Shown: piece by piece, positions 7,810-17,940 of the stretch
How positions within the stretch are numbered: position 1 is the stretch's first letter
How the letters are laid out: each line of letters starts with the position of its first letter
DNA from: a virus
Lineage: Duplodnaviria; Caudoviricetes
Virus record (IMG/VR): IMGVR_UViG_3300045240_000178
Span: 1-53,592 of that record
DNA length: 53,592 nucleotides
Direction: 5' to 3' (one strand)
Position numbers and translations under genes: made by a program
The notes under the pieces: generated by a model
Seen by the model: only the letters and a program-made list of their open reading frames with translations
Told to the model about the DNA's origin: nothing
Databases searched by the model: none

Positions 7810-10628
7810 TGGGGAACGGCCCGTACATCCTGAATATCGACAGCAACGTGTCGGGTACCCCCCAAGTCGCGGCGCTGGGCACTGAAACCGAGAAGCTGGA
7901 CGCCCGCACGAAGCTGCTGAATAACGCGCTCTACGGCGCGGGTGTCGCCAGCGAGAAAATGACGATCTCGATGGCGCGCCTTGCCATTGAGGAGACGAAG
8001 CTCGAAGCCCTTCGCGAGAAACACCGCATGTCCACGGAGGGGCTGACAGCGGCGTCAGTGAAGGCGACGGCGGCGCAGGAAGCCGCAACTGCCGCCGCAC
8101 TGAAAGGCGCGGCTGCAAACGACGCGTTGGCGGTGGGAACGACGCGCGTTGTGGGAAGCACGATGGCGGCCTCCACCGCCCTGCGCGTGATGGAAGGCTC
8201 AATGCCGCTACGTTCGGCGGCGGCGTTCCTGGGAACGATCCAGGGCTTCGGCCCCGCGATGCAACTTGCCTTTCCAGTCTTCGGCGCGATCGCGTTGTTC
8301 GGAATAGTTGAAAAGATCGGCCATTCTCTGGGGGATCATCTCTTCTCCTGGAAAGAGATCGCCAACGCGGAAAAAACAGCCACCGACCAACTAAACAAGT
8401 ACGGGGATTCCGCGAGACAGACACTCTTGGCCATCAAGGGACTGCAGCAGGACGTTTTTACGACGCAGTATGGTCCGGTCGCCGGCGCTCAACGCGAGGT
8501 GCAGTCGGCCGGAGTGGATCTGAATCAGGCGCAAACCAAGCAGCGTGATCTCCAGGAACAACGCGCCGCGCTTGAAAAGTACATCGGACAGGCAAAAACC
8601 GGCGTAGGCAATCCGAATCTCTCCGACCGCGAAACGATGGCTTTCCAGAAGGCTATTGGCGGTGTAAAGGGAACCACGGACCGCGCGCCCGAAGTCGTTC
8701 TCCAGTTCGCGCAGTCCGCATTGCGTGACGTCGGCGGGGCGCTCGGAAACGCCGATGCGGACATTCAGAAAGCACGGACGCTGCTCATACAAGCCCAACA
8801 AAAGGCTGCCGCGGCACTGGATGAGGAAGCCAAGGCCAGGCAGGACGTCGCCAGGGAATTGGCAGCGGAGGCGGCCGCGATACGGGAGCAATCCGCCCGG
8901 ACCGCCATCCAGATGCGCAAAGCTGAGCAGGGGCCAACCGCCGCCCTGCTCGAGAAGTACGCTGGGCTGCTTCCGGCTGACCGTGCCGGTATGGCCGATT
9001 TCATGCGGGGCGCGCTGCCACGCACCGCGGATAAACAGTTCATGACCTTCGTGGAGAAGCAACTCCGCGGCGGCATCGGCACCGGCTACGAAGACGCATT
9101 CAGTCCCGATGGCAAAACGCCGCACAAGCTGACCCTGACCGACTTCGACGACTCCGCCGCGGCCGAAGCGCAGTATAAGAACCAGAAAGAGGCGGTCTCC
9201 GTCTACAACACCGCGGAGCTGGGCAGGGTCAACACTCAGGTCGGCACCATCCGCGACACCGCCAACCGCCAGGGCCGGCTGCTCGCCGCGGGCGCATCCC
9301 CCAGCGATGAACTGTCCACGCTCCGGCAGCAGATCCAACTTCGCAAGGATGCGGCCTCCCAGGAATTCGCATTGAAGGCGACGCACTCCGACATCCTCGA
9401 TATCGACAAAGCGCGCCTGGAATACGTGAAGGAAATCGGGGATGCGGATCTGGACTACCAGACCAAAATCCTGTCGTTGAAGAAGCAACAGAAGGAAGAG
9501 ACCGTCTCGATGGCCGTGGGGCTGATCATGGCGGCACAGCACGGCGGAGCGGTGGGCTACCTGAAATCGCAGGCAGAGGGCCTCGAAGGGAAGATCCTCA
9601 CCAACCTCGGACGAGCGGCCATCGACTCCCCCACGGGGACGGCGATCACCAACCGGTTGCACGCGGGGGCGGGTACGTTCCTCGGTACGGCGCTCCAGGG
9701 CACGCCCTTCGGTCCGGACCCGATGAAGTCGGCCGGGGTTTCACTCAACACGGCGGGGACGAACCTAAACACTGCGGCAACTGGACTGATCTCGGCAGCG
9801 CGGGAGCTGGCCATGTCCCGTTCCGGTGGCGGTGGATCGGCAAGCGGCATATTCTCGGGCATGCCGGGTACGCTCGCGGCTGGCTCGGGCGGCGGTGACA
9901 CCGCATACAACCCTGCCGACATGGCAAGCGCAGGTTACGGCACGCCGGAGTTTGACGCTTCAGGCAATGCCGTCACCGTGGATCGCGCGGCCGGGCCAGG
10001 AGGTGTGTCCAACCTCGGCCGCAATATCGGCATTGCAGGCGCGGCGGCGGCGGGCGCATACGGCATCTACTCGGGAGTGCGAGAGGGAGGGGCTCGCGGG
10101 GCGCTATCCGCATCGGCTAGTGTCATCGGTTCGGGTACTGCAATCCTCACAGCCGTCCTCCCCAAGCTGATGGCTACAGCCGGACCGATCGGTATGGCGG
10201 CGGGCATGGTGCTCGGCATGATACCGATGCTCATGGGCGATCCCGTGGCGCAGAAGCGGCAGCAGATCGCCGACACGCTGCAGCACAACCAGTTCATGGC
10301 GCCGGTCTCCGTCAACGCATCGATGTCCACCGCCGGCGGGTACTCGGATATGGACCGGTTCGGCAATGTGCGGGATTCGACGTTCTCGCCGTTCCCGAAC
10401 GTCTCGCAGGGGTTCTTCGATTACCGCAACGGCGTCACGGTGCCGGGAAGGACGAACAGCCAGTTCGGAGGGCAAAACCCAGGGCCGCAGGTGGTGATGA
10501 ACATTCAGAACATGGATGCGAAGAACTTCATCGATCACAGTCAGAACATCGCCGACGCGGTGAATCATGCGCTGCAAACCGGCAGGGCCGCGCCGTTGGC
10601 GGAAACGCTGTCGAGCAGGGGAGCGTGA
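7809..10628 (+). CDS. Tail tape measure protein, 939 aa
   Basis: Long Ala/Gly/Gln-rich helical protein with hydrophobic segments, directly after the G/GT chaperones. Confidence 0.9.
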   Translation: MGNGPYILNIDSNVSGTPQVAALGTETEKLDARTKLLNNALYGAGVASEKMTISMARLAIEETKLEALREKHRMSTEGLTAASVKATAAQEAATAAALKGAAANDALAVGTTRVVGSTMAASTALRVMEGSMPLRSAAAFLGTIQGFGPAMQLAFPVFGAIALFGIVEKIGHSLGDHLFSWKEIANAEKTATDQLNKYGDSARQTLLAIKGLQQDVFTTQYGPVAGAQREVQSAGVDLNQAQTKQRDLQEQRAALEKYIGQAKTGVGNPNLSDRETMAFQKAIGGVKGTTDRAPEVVLQFAQSALRDVGGALGNADADIQKARTLLIQAQQKAAAALDEEAKARQDVARELAAEAAAIREQSARTAIQMRKAEQGPTAALLEKYAGLLPADRAGMADFMRGALPRTADKQFMTFVEKQLRGGIGTGYEDAFSPDGKTPHKLTLTDFDDSAAAEAQYKNQKEAVSVYNTAELGRVNTQVGTIRDTANRQGRLLAAGASPSDELSTLRQQIQLRKDAASQEFALKATHSDILDIDKARLEYVKEIGDADLDYQTKILSLKKQQKEETVSMAVGLIMAAQHGGAVGYLKSQAEGLEGKILTNLGRAAIDSPTGTAITNRLHAGAGTFLGTALQGTPFGPDPMKSAGVSLNTAGTNLNTAATGLISAARELAMSRSGGGGSASGIFSGMPGTLAAGSGGGDTAYNPADMASAGYGTPEFDASGNAVTVDRAAGPGGVSNLGRNIGIAGAAAAGAYGIYSGVREGGARGALSASASVIGSGTAILTAVLPKLMATAGPIGMAAGMVLGMIPMLMGDPVAQKRQQIADTLQHNQFMAPVSVNASMSTAGGYSDMDRFGNVRDSTFSPFPNVSQGFFDYRNGVTVPGRTNSQFGGQNPGPQVVMNIQNMDAKNFIDHSQNIADAVNHALQTGRAAPLAETLSSRGA

Positions 10629-10819
10629 TGCGGTTCATGCACAATTTCAAACTGAACCGAAGGCTCGGCGGCTCCGTGGCGGAGTCGCTCTGGTTCTGCG
10701 TTACCCGTCCGTTCCTGGTCGCGTACGCCGGTGCGCACCTGCGATGGAAGCGCCATCGGAATCTGCAACACCCCGAATGGGACAGCATTTACGGCTTGAA
10801 TTGCGGGAGGCGCCGGTAA
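10625..10819 (+). CDS. Small hypothetical protein inserted in the tail operon, 64 aa
   Basis: Exactly fills the gap between tape measure and distal tail genes with overlapping start/stop. Confidence 0.55.
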   Translation: MMRFMHNFKLNRRLGGSVAESLWFCVTRPFLVAYAGAHLRWKRHRNLQHPEWDSIYGLNCGRRR

Positions 10820-11584
10820 GTGGCTGGATCTCTACCCACGATCCGCGGCGGCGTGCAGTGCCTGACGCCGGTGACGCGCCGTGTGGAGTTCCTGACCGAT
10901 ATCGCGATCGCGGCGAACTCGACGGAGCAGCGCGCGAAGAAACGGCCTGCGCTTACCCGATTCGTCCTGCCGTACTCGCGCATCAACCGTACCGACCTTG
11001 GCACCATGCGCACGTTCTTCGAATCGAAAAAGGGAAGCTGGGATTCCACGTGGAGCTTCACTCTGGGCGCGACGACGTATGCGCACCTGGCCTTCGAGGA
11101 TTCTGAATTCCGTTTCACCGAATCGGCGGGGAGCGCGACCACGTACAGCTTCCAATTGCGGGCCCGGCAGACGCAGAATCCGGGCATGGCCGCGGGCGCG
11201 GCCGGCGCGGCGTTCCCCGTGCTCAGTAGCGGACTGCGCGCGCAATTGCCCTACTCGCAGATGCGAAGGTTCGCCGTCACGCTGAACGACAATCCGATCG
11301 GTCCCAGGTATGCCTGGTCCTGGCAAGCCGCGGGATTGACCGGGTTCCCCACCAGGTCGTTGCGCGGATGGGAGCTTGCCTATCCGGTGCTCACTGATGC
11401 GGACCTGGCCGCGATTGAGACGCACTTTCGAAGCCAATGGGGGCAGTGGGCACGCTTTCAGTGGACCGACCCGGACGATGGCACCGATTATCCGAAGTGC
11501 CGATACGCGGCCGACGCCCTCGAAATCACCCATAACGCGGCGAACCAGAGCAGCCTGACGCTCCGGATCATGGAGACGAACTGA
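10820..11584 (+). CDS. Distal tail protein (DUF2460-like, two internal repeats)
   Basis: STEQR...FFESKKG.W..W.F and HFRSQWGQW..F.WTDP halves; follows the tape measure gene. Confidence 0.7.
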   Translation: MAGSLPTIRGGVQCLTPVTRRVEFLTDIAIAANSTEQRAKKRPALTRFVLPYSRINRTDLGTMRTFFESKKGSWDSTWSFTLGATTYAHLAFEDSEFRFTESAGSATTYSFQLRARQTQNPGMAAGAAGAAFPVLSSGLRAQLPYSQMRRFAVTLNDNPIGPRYAWSWQAAGLTGFPTRSLRGWELAYPVLTDADLAAIETHFRSQWGQWARFQWTDPDDGTDYPKCRYAADALEITHNAANQSSLTLRIMETN

Positions 11585-11805
11585 TGGCACTGAAAGGCGG
11601 AGACCTGGTGACTTGCTCGATATGCGGCCGCACATATGAGCTGACGCCATTGAACGACTATTTCGGTGCCACCAACACTACCGATGGCAAGTGTGAATCG
11701 TGTTTGCTCAAGGGGGCGGGGCTCAAGGCGCCAAAAGTACTGAATCCCGAACTTGGTCAACAGATGGAAGCCGAACACCGTGCAAAGAAGACGGAGACGA
11801 ACTGA
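11584..11805 (+). CDS. Small Zn-finger protein, 73 aa
   Basis: CSIC and CESC motifs; TGATG coupling. Confidence 0.6.
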   Translation: MALKGGDLVTCSICGRTYELTPLNDYFGATNTTDGKCESCLLKGAGLKAPKVLNPELGQQMEAEHRAKKTETN

Positions 11806-14800
11806 GTGGCGTTGACCACCATCATCGTCTCGAAGGAACCCGCCGCATCGGGGCAGGCGTACCAGCCGCTGCTCCTTGCTCAGCTCCAGTTCCCCGACGG
11901 TTCGATTTTCTACGCGTCCACCCACAACCTGAATTCGGCCGAAGGCGGCAACAGCTACGGAGGGAATGACTACCTCGCGCGCATCGACTCCCAGGACATC
12001 GCCGCCATCCAGGCGCGCAGCGAGCAGGGAATCGACCGCATCAGCGATGCGACCCTGCATTTCTTCAACGCGGACAATTTCGTCTACGACGGCTGGGAAA
12101 CGCCGCCGGGCAAGGGCTTCAAGGGAGCGCTGCTAAAGCTCGCGCTGGTCTACATGGACGTCGACCCCGCCACGGGGCTCTACACCTTCTCGACCGACGC
12201 CCCGGCACCCGTTAAGTTCTCGGGCATCTGCGACGCGCCCGTCTGCGAGAACGGCATGCTCACCGTGCGCGCCACCACGTCGCACAGCCTGGGGCGCGTC
12301 GTCTTCCCCAACGTCCCGTGCCAGCAGCGATGCGTGGACCCCTTCCCCGGGACGGCCGCGCAACGATTCTCCGGAGCTTCCGACCTGGCGAGCTGGTTCT
12401 ACGCCTGCGGCTATTGTCCGGACCAGGCGGCGACCGATCCGGTGACGGGGCTCTCGGCGACGCGCGGCAACACGACGACGCCCAACCTTCCCGATCCGAC
12501 TGGCCCGCCGGGAACCCTGCTCACCGATTCGGCGGGCAACTACCTCTCCTGCAACTACACGAAGCCCGATTGCATCGCGCGCGGCATGTGGGACAAGGAC
12601 TCGGCCAATCGGATCACCAGGCGGTTTACGGCGATCCAGTGGGCTCCGGGCAGCACCGAGAATTTCTCGCGGAAATATGGCGGGGATACGGTCCCCGTCT
12701 TTTCACGGCGCAACGATTCGATCTACGGCCGCAATTATCCCTACGTGAGCGGACAGCAGTGGGTCCATTCGCCACTGGTAGTCAACGTCCTGGGCGACGC
12801 GAACTCTACCCGCATGGAGGTGGTGATCGACTGCGGCGACATCGGCGATTTCAAGTCGATTGCGCAAGTGGTGGTGAACGGCGTGATCGTGCCGCGGCTG
12901 GGGGACAGCTTTACCGGGACGGGGCCTTTCGGGACCATTACCCGCAATCCGGCCACCGACCTCTTCCGCTGGACGCTGATCGCCACCGGCTCGCGCACGG
13001 GAGCATTCACGGGGGACTTGCCGTGGAAGGGGCAGGGCGACCCCTACGGATCGCTCGCCATGATCGAGATCGTGGTCTACGCGGAACTCGCCGCGGGGAA
13101 CTCCACGCCCGACGTCCGCGTACTCCTGACCGGCCACAAGATCAAGACGCCGAATACGGCCAACCCCGCGGACCAGCCCTCCTGGCCGTACGTGCAGACC
13201 ACGCTCCCGCCATGGCTGCTGCTCGATTTATTGATCGAGGGGAACTACGTCTACTCGGAGATCGACCTGCAGAGCTTCATCGACGCCGCCAACTTCTGCG
13301 GCCTGAGCTTCGGCGGAAATAACGTCGCCTACGTCGCGCTCGACGGATCGACGCGTCATCACAACCGCTTCATCGCAGAGGTGGCGTTAGAGGATAAGAA
13401 GACGGGCCAGGAGGTAATCCAGGCGCTGCTGCGATCCTTCAACGCGCAGCTTGTGCCCAACTCCGACACCGGCCTGCTCTCCCTGTTCATCCGGCGCACG
13501 CTGGCCGACCAGCAGCCCAATCCGATCGCGGGCTCGAACTACAACACGGCGGTGAAGTCGATCCACGTGGACGGCTCCGCGGGCTCGGGATTCGTTGCCT
13601 ACCTGATCGACGAATCGGTGATCCAGCAGGACGGCAACGGCAATCTCAAAATGCGGGGGCCTTATTCGAACGCCACCGCGCAATCCCCCAACCGGTTGAC
13701 CTGGCCGTTCCAGGACGCGGACAACGCCTATGCGGACGACTCGATCTCGGTGGTCGATCCCGCCGACGTCGCCCGCGCGGGGGGCTTCGCCGCCGGAGGG
13801 CAGCAGATCCCCCAGCAGCTCCCCGTCATCGCCATCTCGAGCTTCGACCAGGGGATCCGCATCGCCAACGTCAATCTGGCCGAAACCCTGCGCTTCAACG
13901 AGAACCGGGACTCGAGGGGCACCAGGCGGTGGGATATCGAAGCCACCTCGAGACTCGAGCACCTGAAGGCAGGGCAGATCATCCTGTTCCAATACCAGCA
14001 GATCAACGGCGCCGGCTCGCCGCCTGGCCTGCGTCCCCTGACGCTGCTCGAATCGCCGGCCGGCACCCAGATTCCCGGCATCCTCGCTCGGGTGGAGTCG
14101 ATCAAACCCACCACGAACTACGAGCGCGTGACCGTGACCATCGCGATGCACGAGGATTACGTCTACACCGACGCCTACGGCCAGCATGCCGCGCCGCCCT
14201 TCAGCGATCCGGGGCAACTGCTCAACCGGCCGCCGTATCCCTGGGATCCCTACGGCGAGCAGCCGGCCACCAGCATCCTGCACGATCTCACCGAATGGGG
14301 TTTTCAGCTTGGGCAATCCTACGACGTGGCGGCCGACGGATCCGCCATGGCCTGCCTCAATGTCGGCGGCTGCGCGCCCGTGAACGTGTTCGGGGCCGTA
14401 CAGCCTCCGCTGTTCCAGGGGGTGCAGGCATCGCAGTCGCCGGCCGGCGGGACTATCAGGGGCGGCCAGACGCTCTATGCGGCCATATCGGTGCAGGATG
14501 CGAACGGAAAGTGGTCACCCTTGTCGAAGCCCTGCCACACCGACATGGGAGCGGTGGCAGGCGTTACCAACACCTTCACAACGCCGACAATCTTCTGGCA
14601 GGGGGCGCCGGCCGCCTGGGTAATCTTCTCCGGCATCAGCGACCAGCATTGGACCGCGCAGAAGGCGGTCGGGCAGGCATCGATCATCGGGACCGGGACG
14701 CCGGGGACGATCACGCTCGACACGCTCGGAATACAGACGTTCGGGGCGCCGGATCCGCTGGCTGACTCGCTGGTGTTCCAGACGAAATTGATCGTGCACG

Positions 14801-15540
14801 GCGGCGACTGGGGCGATGCGGTGACGACGGTGGCGGCGAACACCCTCAGCTTCCTCGCGTCGGCGGCCACCGTGAATCAGTTCGTGGGCCAGGCGATCTC
14901 GCTCTACGCCAATCCGCAAGGCAGCACCGGGCCCGTCCCCATCGCCGATTTCTTCGTGACGGCGAACACGGCGACGGACTTCACGGTGACGCCGGATCCG
15001 GTGGCCGCCGGCATTGTGGCGGGCATGGTGTTCGTCATGCGTTCGAAGTACTCGGCGACGGTGGACGTGTTGACCAATCCGAATTTCATCAATTCGTACG
15101 CGCCTGGCGGTCTGAGTCCCTCGCCTGGGACGCCGCTTGCGCCCGATGAAGTGGGCAACTTCGCGCGCATCCTGATGGGGACCGGGGTAGGCCAGCCGCC
15201 GCGGCAGATCATCGCCAACACGGCAACCACCCTGACGGTGGATCCGCCCTGGGAGATCGCGCCGGCCGCAGATTCGATCATCATCATCGAAGAGGCAGCC
15301 TGGCATCCCAGCCAGCCGGCAAAACAGTCCACGTCGCAGATCAACCCGGCGCCTACGCAGGTAGCCTCGGTTTCCATCCTCAATTACCTCAAGGAGTCGG
15401 TGCTGATTGAAGCGCTGGTGGAAGACGCGCAGGGGAGACCGTCGCTCGAACGCTTCTCCCCTTTGCGCGAAATCTACGTGTGGGGCGGGGCAGGGACGGG
15501 GTTCGGCGGCGGCGGCTACCAACTGGAGGTGCTCGTATGA
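11806..15540 (+). CDS. Tail tip / baseplate hub-central fibre protein, 1244 aa
   Basis: Largest tail ORF; N-terminal Cys cluster (lambda L-like) followed by a J-like region; synteny. Confidence 0.8.
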   Translation: MALTTIIVSKEPAASGQAYQPLLLAQLQFPDGSIFYASTHNLNSAEGGNSYGGNDYLARIDSQDIAAIQARSEQGIDRISDATLHFFNADNFVYDGWETPPGKGFKGALLKLALVYMDVDPATGLYTFSTDAPAPVKFSGICDAPVCENGMLTVRATTSHSLGRVVFPNVPCQQRCVDPFPGTAAQRFSGASDLASWFYACGYCPDQAATDPVTGLSATRGNTTTPNLPDPTGPPGTLLTDSAGNYLSCNYTKPDCIARGMWDKDSANRITRRFTAIQWAPGSTENFSRKYGGDTVPVFSRRNDSIYGRNYPYVSGQQWVHSPLVVNVLGDANSTRMEVVIDCGDIGDFKSIAQVVVNGVIVPRLGDSFTGTGPFGTITRNPATDLFRWTLIATGSRTGAFTGDLPWKGQGDPYGSLAMIEIVVYAELAAGNSTPDVRVLLTGHKIKTPNTANPADQPSWPYVQTTLPPWLLLDLLIEGNYVYSEIDLQSFIDAANFCGLSFGGNNVAYVALDGSTRHHNRFIAEVALEDKKTGQEVIQALLRSFNAQLVPNSDTGLLSLFIRRTLADQQPNPIAGSNYNTAVKSIHVDGSAGSGFVAYLIDESVIQQDGNGNLKMRGPYSNATAQSPNRLTWPFQDADNAYADDSISVVDPADVARAGGFAAGGQQIPQQLPVIAISSFDQGIRIANVNLAETLRFNENRDSRGTRRWDIEATSRLEHLKAGQIILFQYQQINGAGSPPGLRPLTLLESPAGTQIPGILARVESIKPTTNYERVTVTIAMHEDYVYTDAYGQHAAPPFSDPGQLLNRPPYPWDPYGEQPATSILHDLTEWGFQLGQSYDVAADGSAMACLNVGGCAPVNVFGAVQPPLFQGVQASQSPAGGTIRGGQTLYAAISVQDANGKWSPLSKPCHTDMGAVAGVTNTFTTPTIFWQGAPAAWVIFSGISDQHWTAQKAVGQASIIGTGTPGTITLDTLGIQTFGAPDPLADSLVFQTKLIVHGGDWGDAVTTVAANTLSFLASAATVNQFVGQAISLYANPQGSTGPVPIADFFVTANTATDFTVTPDPVAAGIVAGMVFVMRSKYSATVDVLTNPNFINSYAPGGLSPSPGTPLAPDEVGNFARILMGTGVGQPPRQIIANTATTLTVDPPWEIAPAADSIIIIEEAAWHPSQPAKQSTSQINPAPTQVASVSILNYLKESVLIEALVEDAQGRPSLERFSPLREIYVWGGAGTGFGGGGYQLEVLV

Positions 15541-17933
15541 GCCTTGTCCCCGGCAGCACCGCGTTAACGATCCCCCAGAAAGTGAGCGAGCATCCGTCGA
15601 TCCGCGACTTCGGCGCTGTGGGCGACGGCGTGACCGACGACGGCGCGGCGATCCAGGCAGCCATCAACTACGTGGCTGCCCATGGCCGCTATCTCGAAGT
15701 TCCCAGCGGCCGGTATCTACACAGCGCAACGTTGGACATTGGCGCCGGCCTCGTTATTTTCGGCCAGCACGGGGCCAACTTCATCGTCTATACCGGCAGT
15801 GGCACGGCCTGGAATATCCACGACTGCGGCTTCTCGATCGAGCGGATCATCTGCGAGTCCACGCTTGGCCCCTATATTCCTGCCTTTGTGGATAGCCACG
15901 GCGCGGCGAACCCCGGCAACCCGACCGGGGCCAAGATCTGTTTCAACCTCGATACCTGTAGCGAGTGGTTCATCAAGAAGGTCATCGTGGGCGAAGCTCC
16001 GATGAAAGCATTTGGGGAGGCGCTCCGTTTCAAGCAGACCGGGGCCGGTTCAGTAGATGACTTCACGAGCGGCTGGAATCCGATTGCGGTCAACCTCGTT
16101 TCCGGTGCCTACGGCAACGCCAGCAACACCATCAATAACCTGAACGCTTTTGCCTGCTCGATAGCAGCCGTGAAGATCAGGGACGTAGTTGACCTGAAGA
16201 TCAAGAACAGCTTTTTTGAAATCGCCGCCAACTCGATTCTGATGGACAACTCCGTTCCCAGCAGCACGGTCCTGTCTCTGAACCAGGTCATCATCGAGGA
16301 CTGCTACGGATTCCACGTCAACGAAACCTACATGCGGGATGTGCCGGCCGTCGGAGGTGGAACGACTCCCGTTTTTTATCCCAGCACGAGCACGTACATG
16401 TATCCGGACGGCACGCCCAACCAACGGTTCATGCGCCTGGTGGGTGGTTCGCTGGGCGACGGGATCATCCTCTCCCAGGTCAGCGTCAACCGTTGCCGCA
16501 TGAACGTTGCGGATCGGTATGCCGTCGAGATTCTCCAGTCCGGTTCTCCTATCCTGGTGGGCGAGATCGGATTCCGCGAGTGCGATGTGTTCGGCGCCAC
16601 GGTGGCAGCGATTCGCACTGACAGTGACCTCTGGCATGTGAGCGAAGAGGGAAACTACGCTTACCTTTTGCAGAACGACGCGACCAGCGCCCCCATGCCG
16701 TTCCTGACCGGCCCCGCCAGGCAGGTAGGGTATGAGTATTTCCGGCCGACCCGTAGCACCAGGATCCTGTCGGAGACGATCGATCTCGACGGCAACGGCG
16801 ACCACAGCCTGGTCCTGCGCGACAACCTGGCCGCGGCGGGGGCGAGAGCATTGTCCGTTCGCAAGCACCTCGACGGCACTTACTTCGAGGCATCCACCAT
16901 AGCCAGGGGCATCTGCGATGTTTCCGGCCTGACGGTCACCTCGACCAGCGGCGATCAGTTCGACGCCTCCATGCAGTTGGGCGATACGCTGGTCATCCTG
17001 GGCACGGGCTATCCCGTCGATCACTACAATGCCGGGACCGGCCAAATCGTGCTGGCGAGCGGTCCTGCCGGCGCTACGGGGCTGCCATGGACGTTCGCCA
17101 AGACCAGCTTCGGGTTCATGGGCCTGTTCCACACTACCGGCCACGTATTCGTCGGCGACCCGATAGGCCACGTGCCGAGCGATGGAGCCGAGGCCGTGCA
17201 GCTCCAGGGAACAGTTGGGGTGCGCGGTGATCTCGTAACGGACGGGGCCGCGGACGTGGGAGCGAACCTGCATGTTCACGGCGCAAGCACATTCGACAGC
17301 ACGATCACGGCGGCCGGCACCGCGAAAGTAGAAGGCGCTTCGGCGACGCTCACGCTCAGAGACACCAGCGCGGCCCTCGACCAGAAGACCTTTTCGCTCA
17401 GTTCGACGCTCGGCAGCCTGGTCTTCGTGCTGCTGAACGACGCACTGACGGCCGTTGTTCACGGGCTGCTGGGGTTATTTGCCAACGGGCACGTTCGTCT
17501 CGGAGACTCGGGCGCGGGCTTCCCGGTTGACTCCGGCCAGCCGGTCCAGCTCGTGGGCAACACCACCGTCTACGGCAATTTGAACATCACTGGGACTTTG
17601 ACCGGCGGCGGCGGCGGCGCGGTCACCAGCGTCAATGGCCACACCGGCGTCGTCACGGTCACCGCTTCGGACGTCGGGCTGGGGAGCGTTGCGAACGCGC
17701 TGCAGCTCCAGGCGGCGAACAACCTTTCGGACCTCGGCAGCGCCTCGACCGCACGCACTAATCTGGGGGTGGTAACTCCGCTGGTCCCACAGATCTATGT
17801 GGGCGGCGTGTTCTTCACCAATCTCTCCGGCACGGATGTGATTCCGCTCGCAAAACTGACCACCGGAGGCGCACAAGGCTTTCTGGGCATCAACGATAGA
17901 GCTCAGATCATCAGCTACCAGAAGCCGACCTGA
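15537..17933 (+). CDS. Tailspike/tail fibre with pectate-lyase-like beta-helix, 798 aa
   Basis: ATGA overlap start; SIRDFGAVGDGVTDD motif; C-terminal VTSVNGHTG and NNLSDL..ARTNLG fibre motifs. Confidence 0.85.
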   Translation: MSLVPGSTALTIPQKVSEHPSIRDFGAVGDGVTDDGAAIQAAINYVAAHGRYLEVPSGRYLHSATLDIGAGLVIFGQHGANFIVYTGSGTAWNIHDCGFSIERIICESTLGPYIPAFVDSHGAANPGNPTGAKICFNLDTCSEWFIKKVIVGEAPMKAFGEALRFKQTGAGSVDDFTSGWNPIAVNLVSGAYGNASNTINNLNAFACSIAAVKIRDVVDLKIKNSFFEIAANSILMDNSVPSSTVLSLNQVIIEDCYGFHVNETYMRDVPAVGGGTTPVFYPSTSTYMYPDGTPNQRFMRLVGGSLGDGIILSQVSVNRCRMNVADRYAVEILQSGSPILVGEIGFRECDVFGATVAAIRTDSDLWHVSEEGNYAYLLQNDATSAPMPFLTGPARQVGYEYFRPTRSTRILSETIDLDGNGDHSLVLRDNLAAAGARALSVRKHLDGTYFEASTIARGICDVSGLTVTSTSGDQFDASMQLGDTLVILGTGYPVDHYNAGTGQIVLASGPAGATGLPWTFAKTSFGFMGLFHTTGHVFVGDPIGHVPSDGAEAVQLQGTVGVRGDLVTDGAADVGANLHVHGASTFDSTITAAGTAKVEGASATLTLRDTSAALDQKTFSLSSTLGSLVFVLLNDALTAVVHGLLGLFANGHVRLGDSGAGFPVDSGQPVQLVGNTTVYGNLNITGTLTGGGGGAVTSVNGHTGVVTVTASDVGLGSVANALQLQAANNLSDLGSASTARTNLGVVTPLVPQIYVGGVFFTNLSGTDVIPLAKLTTGGAQGFLGINDRAQIISYQKPT

Positions 17934-17940
17934 AAACTTT

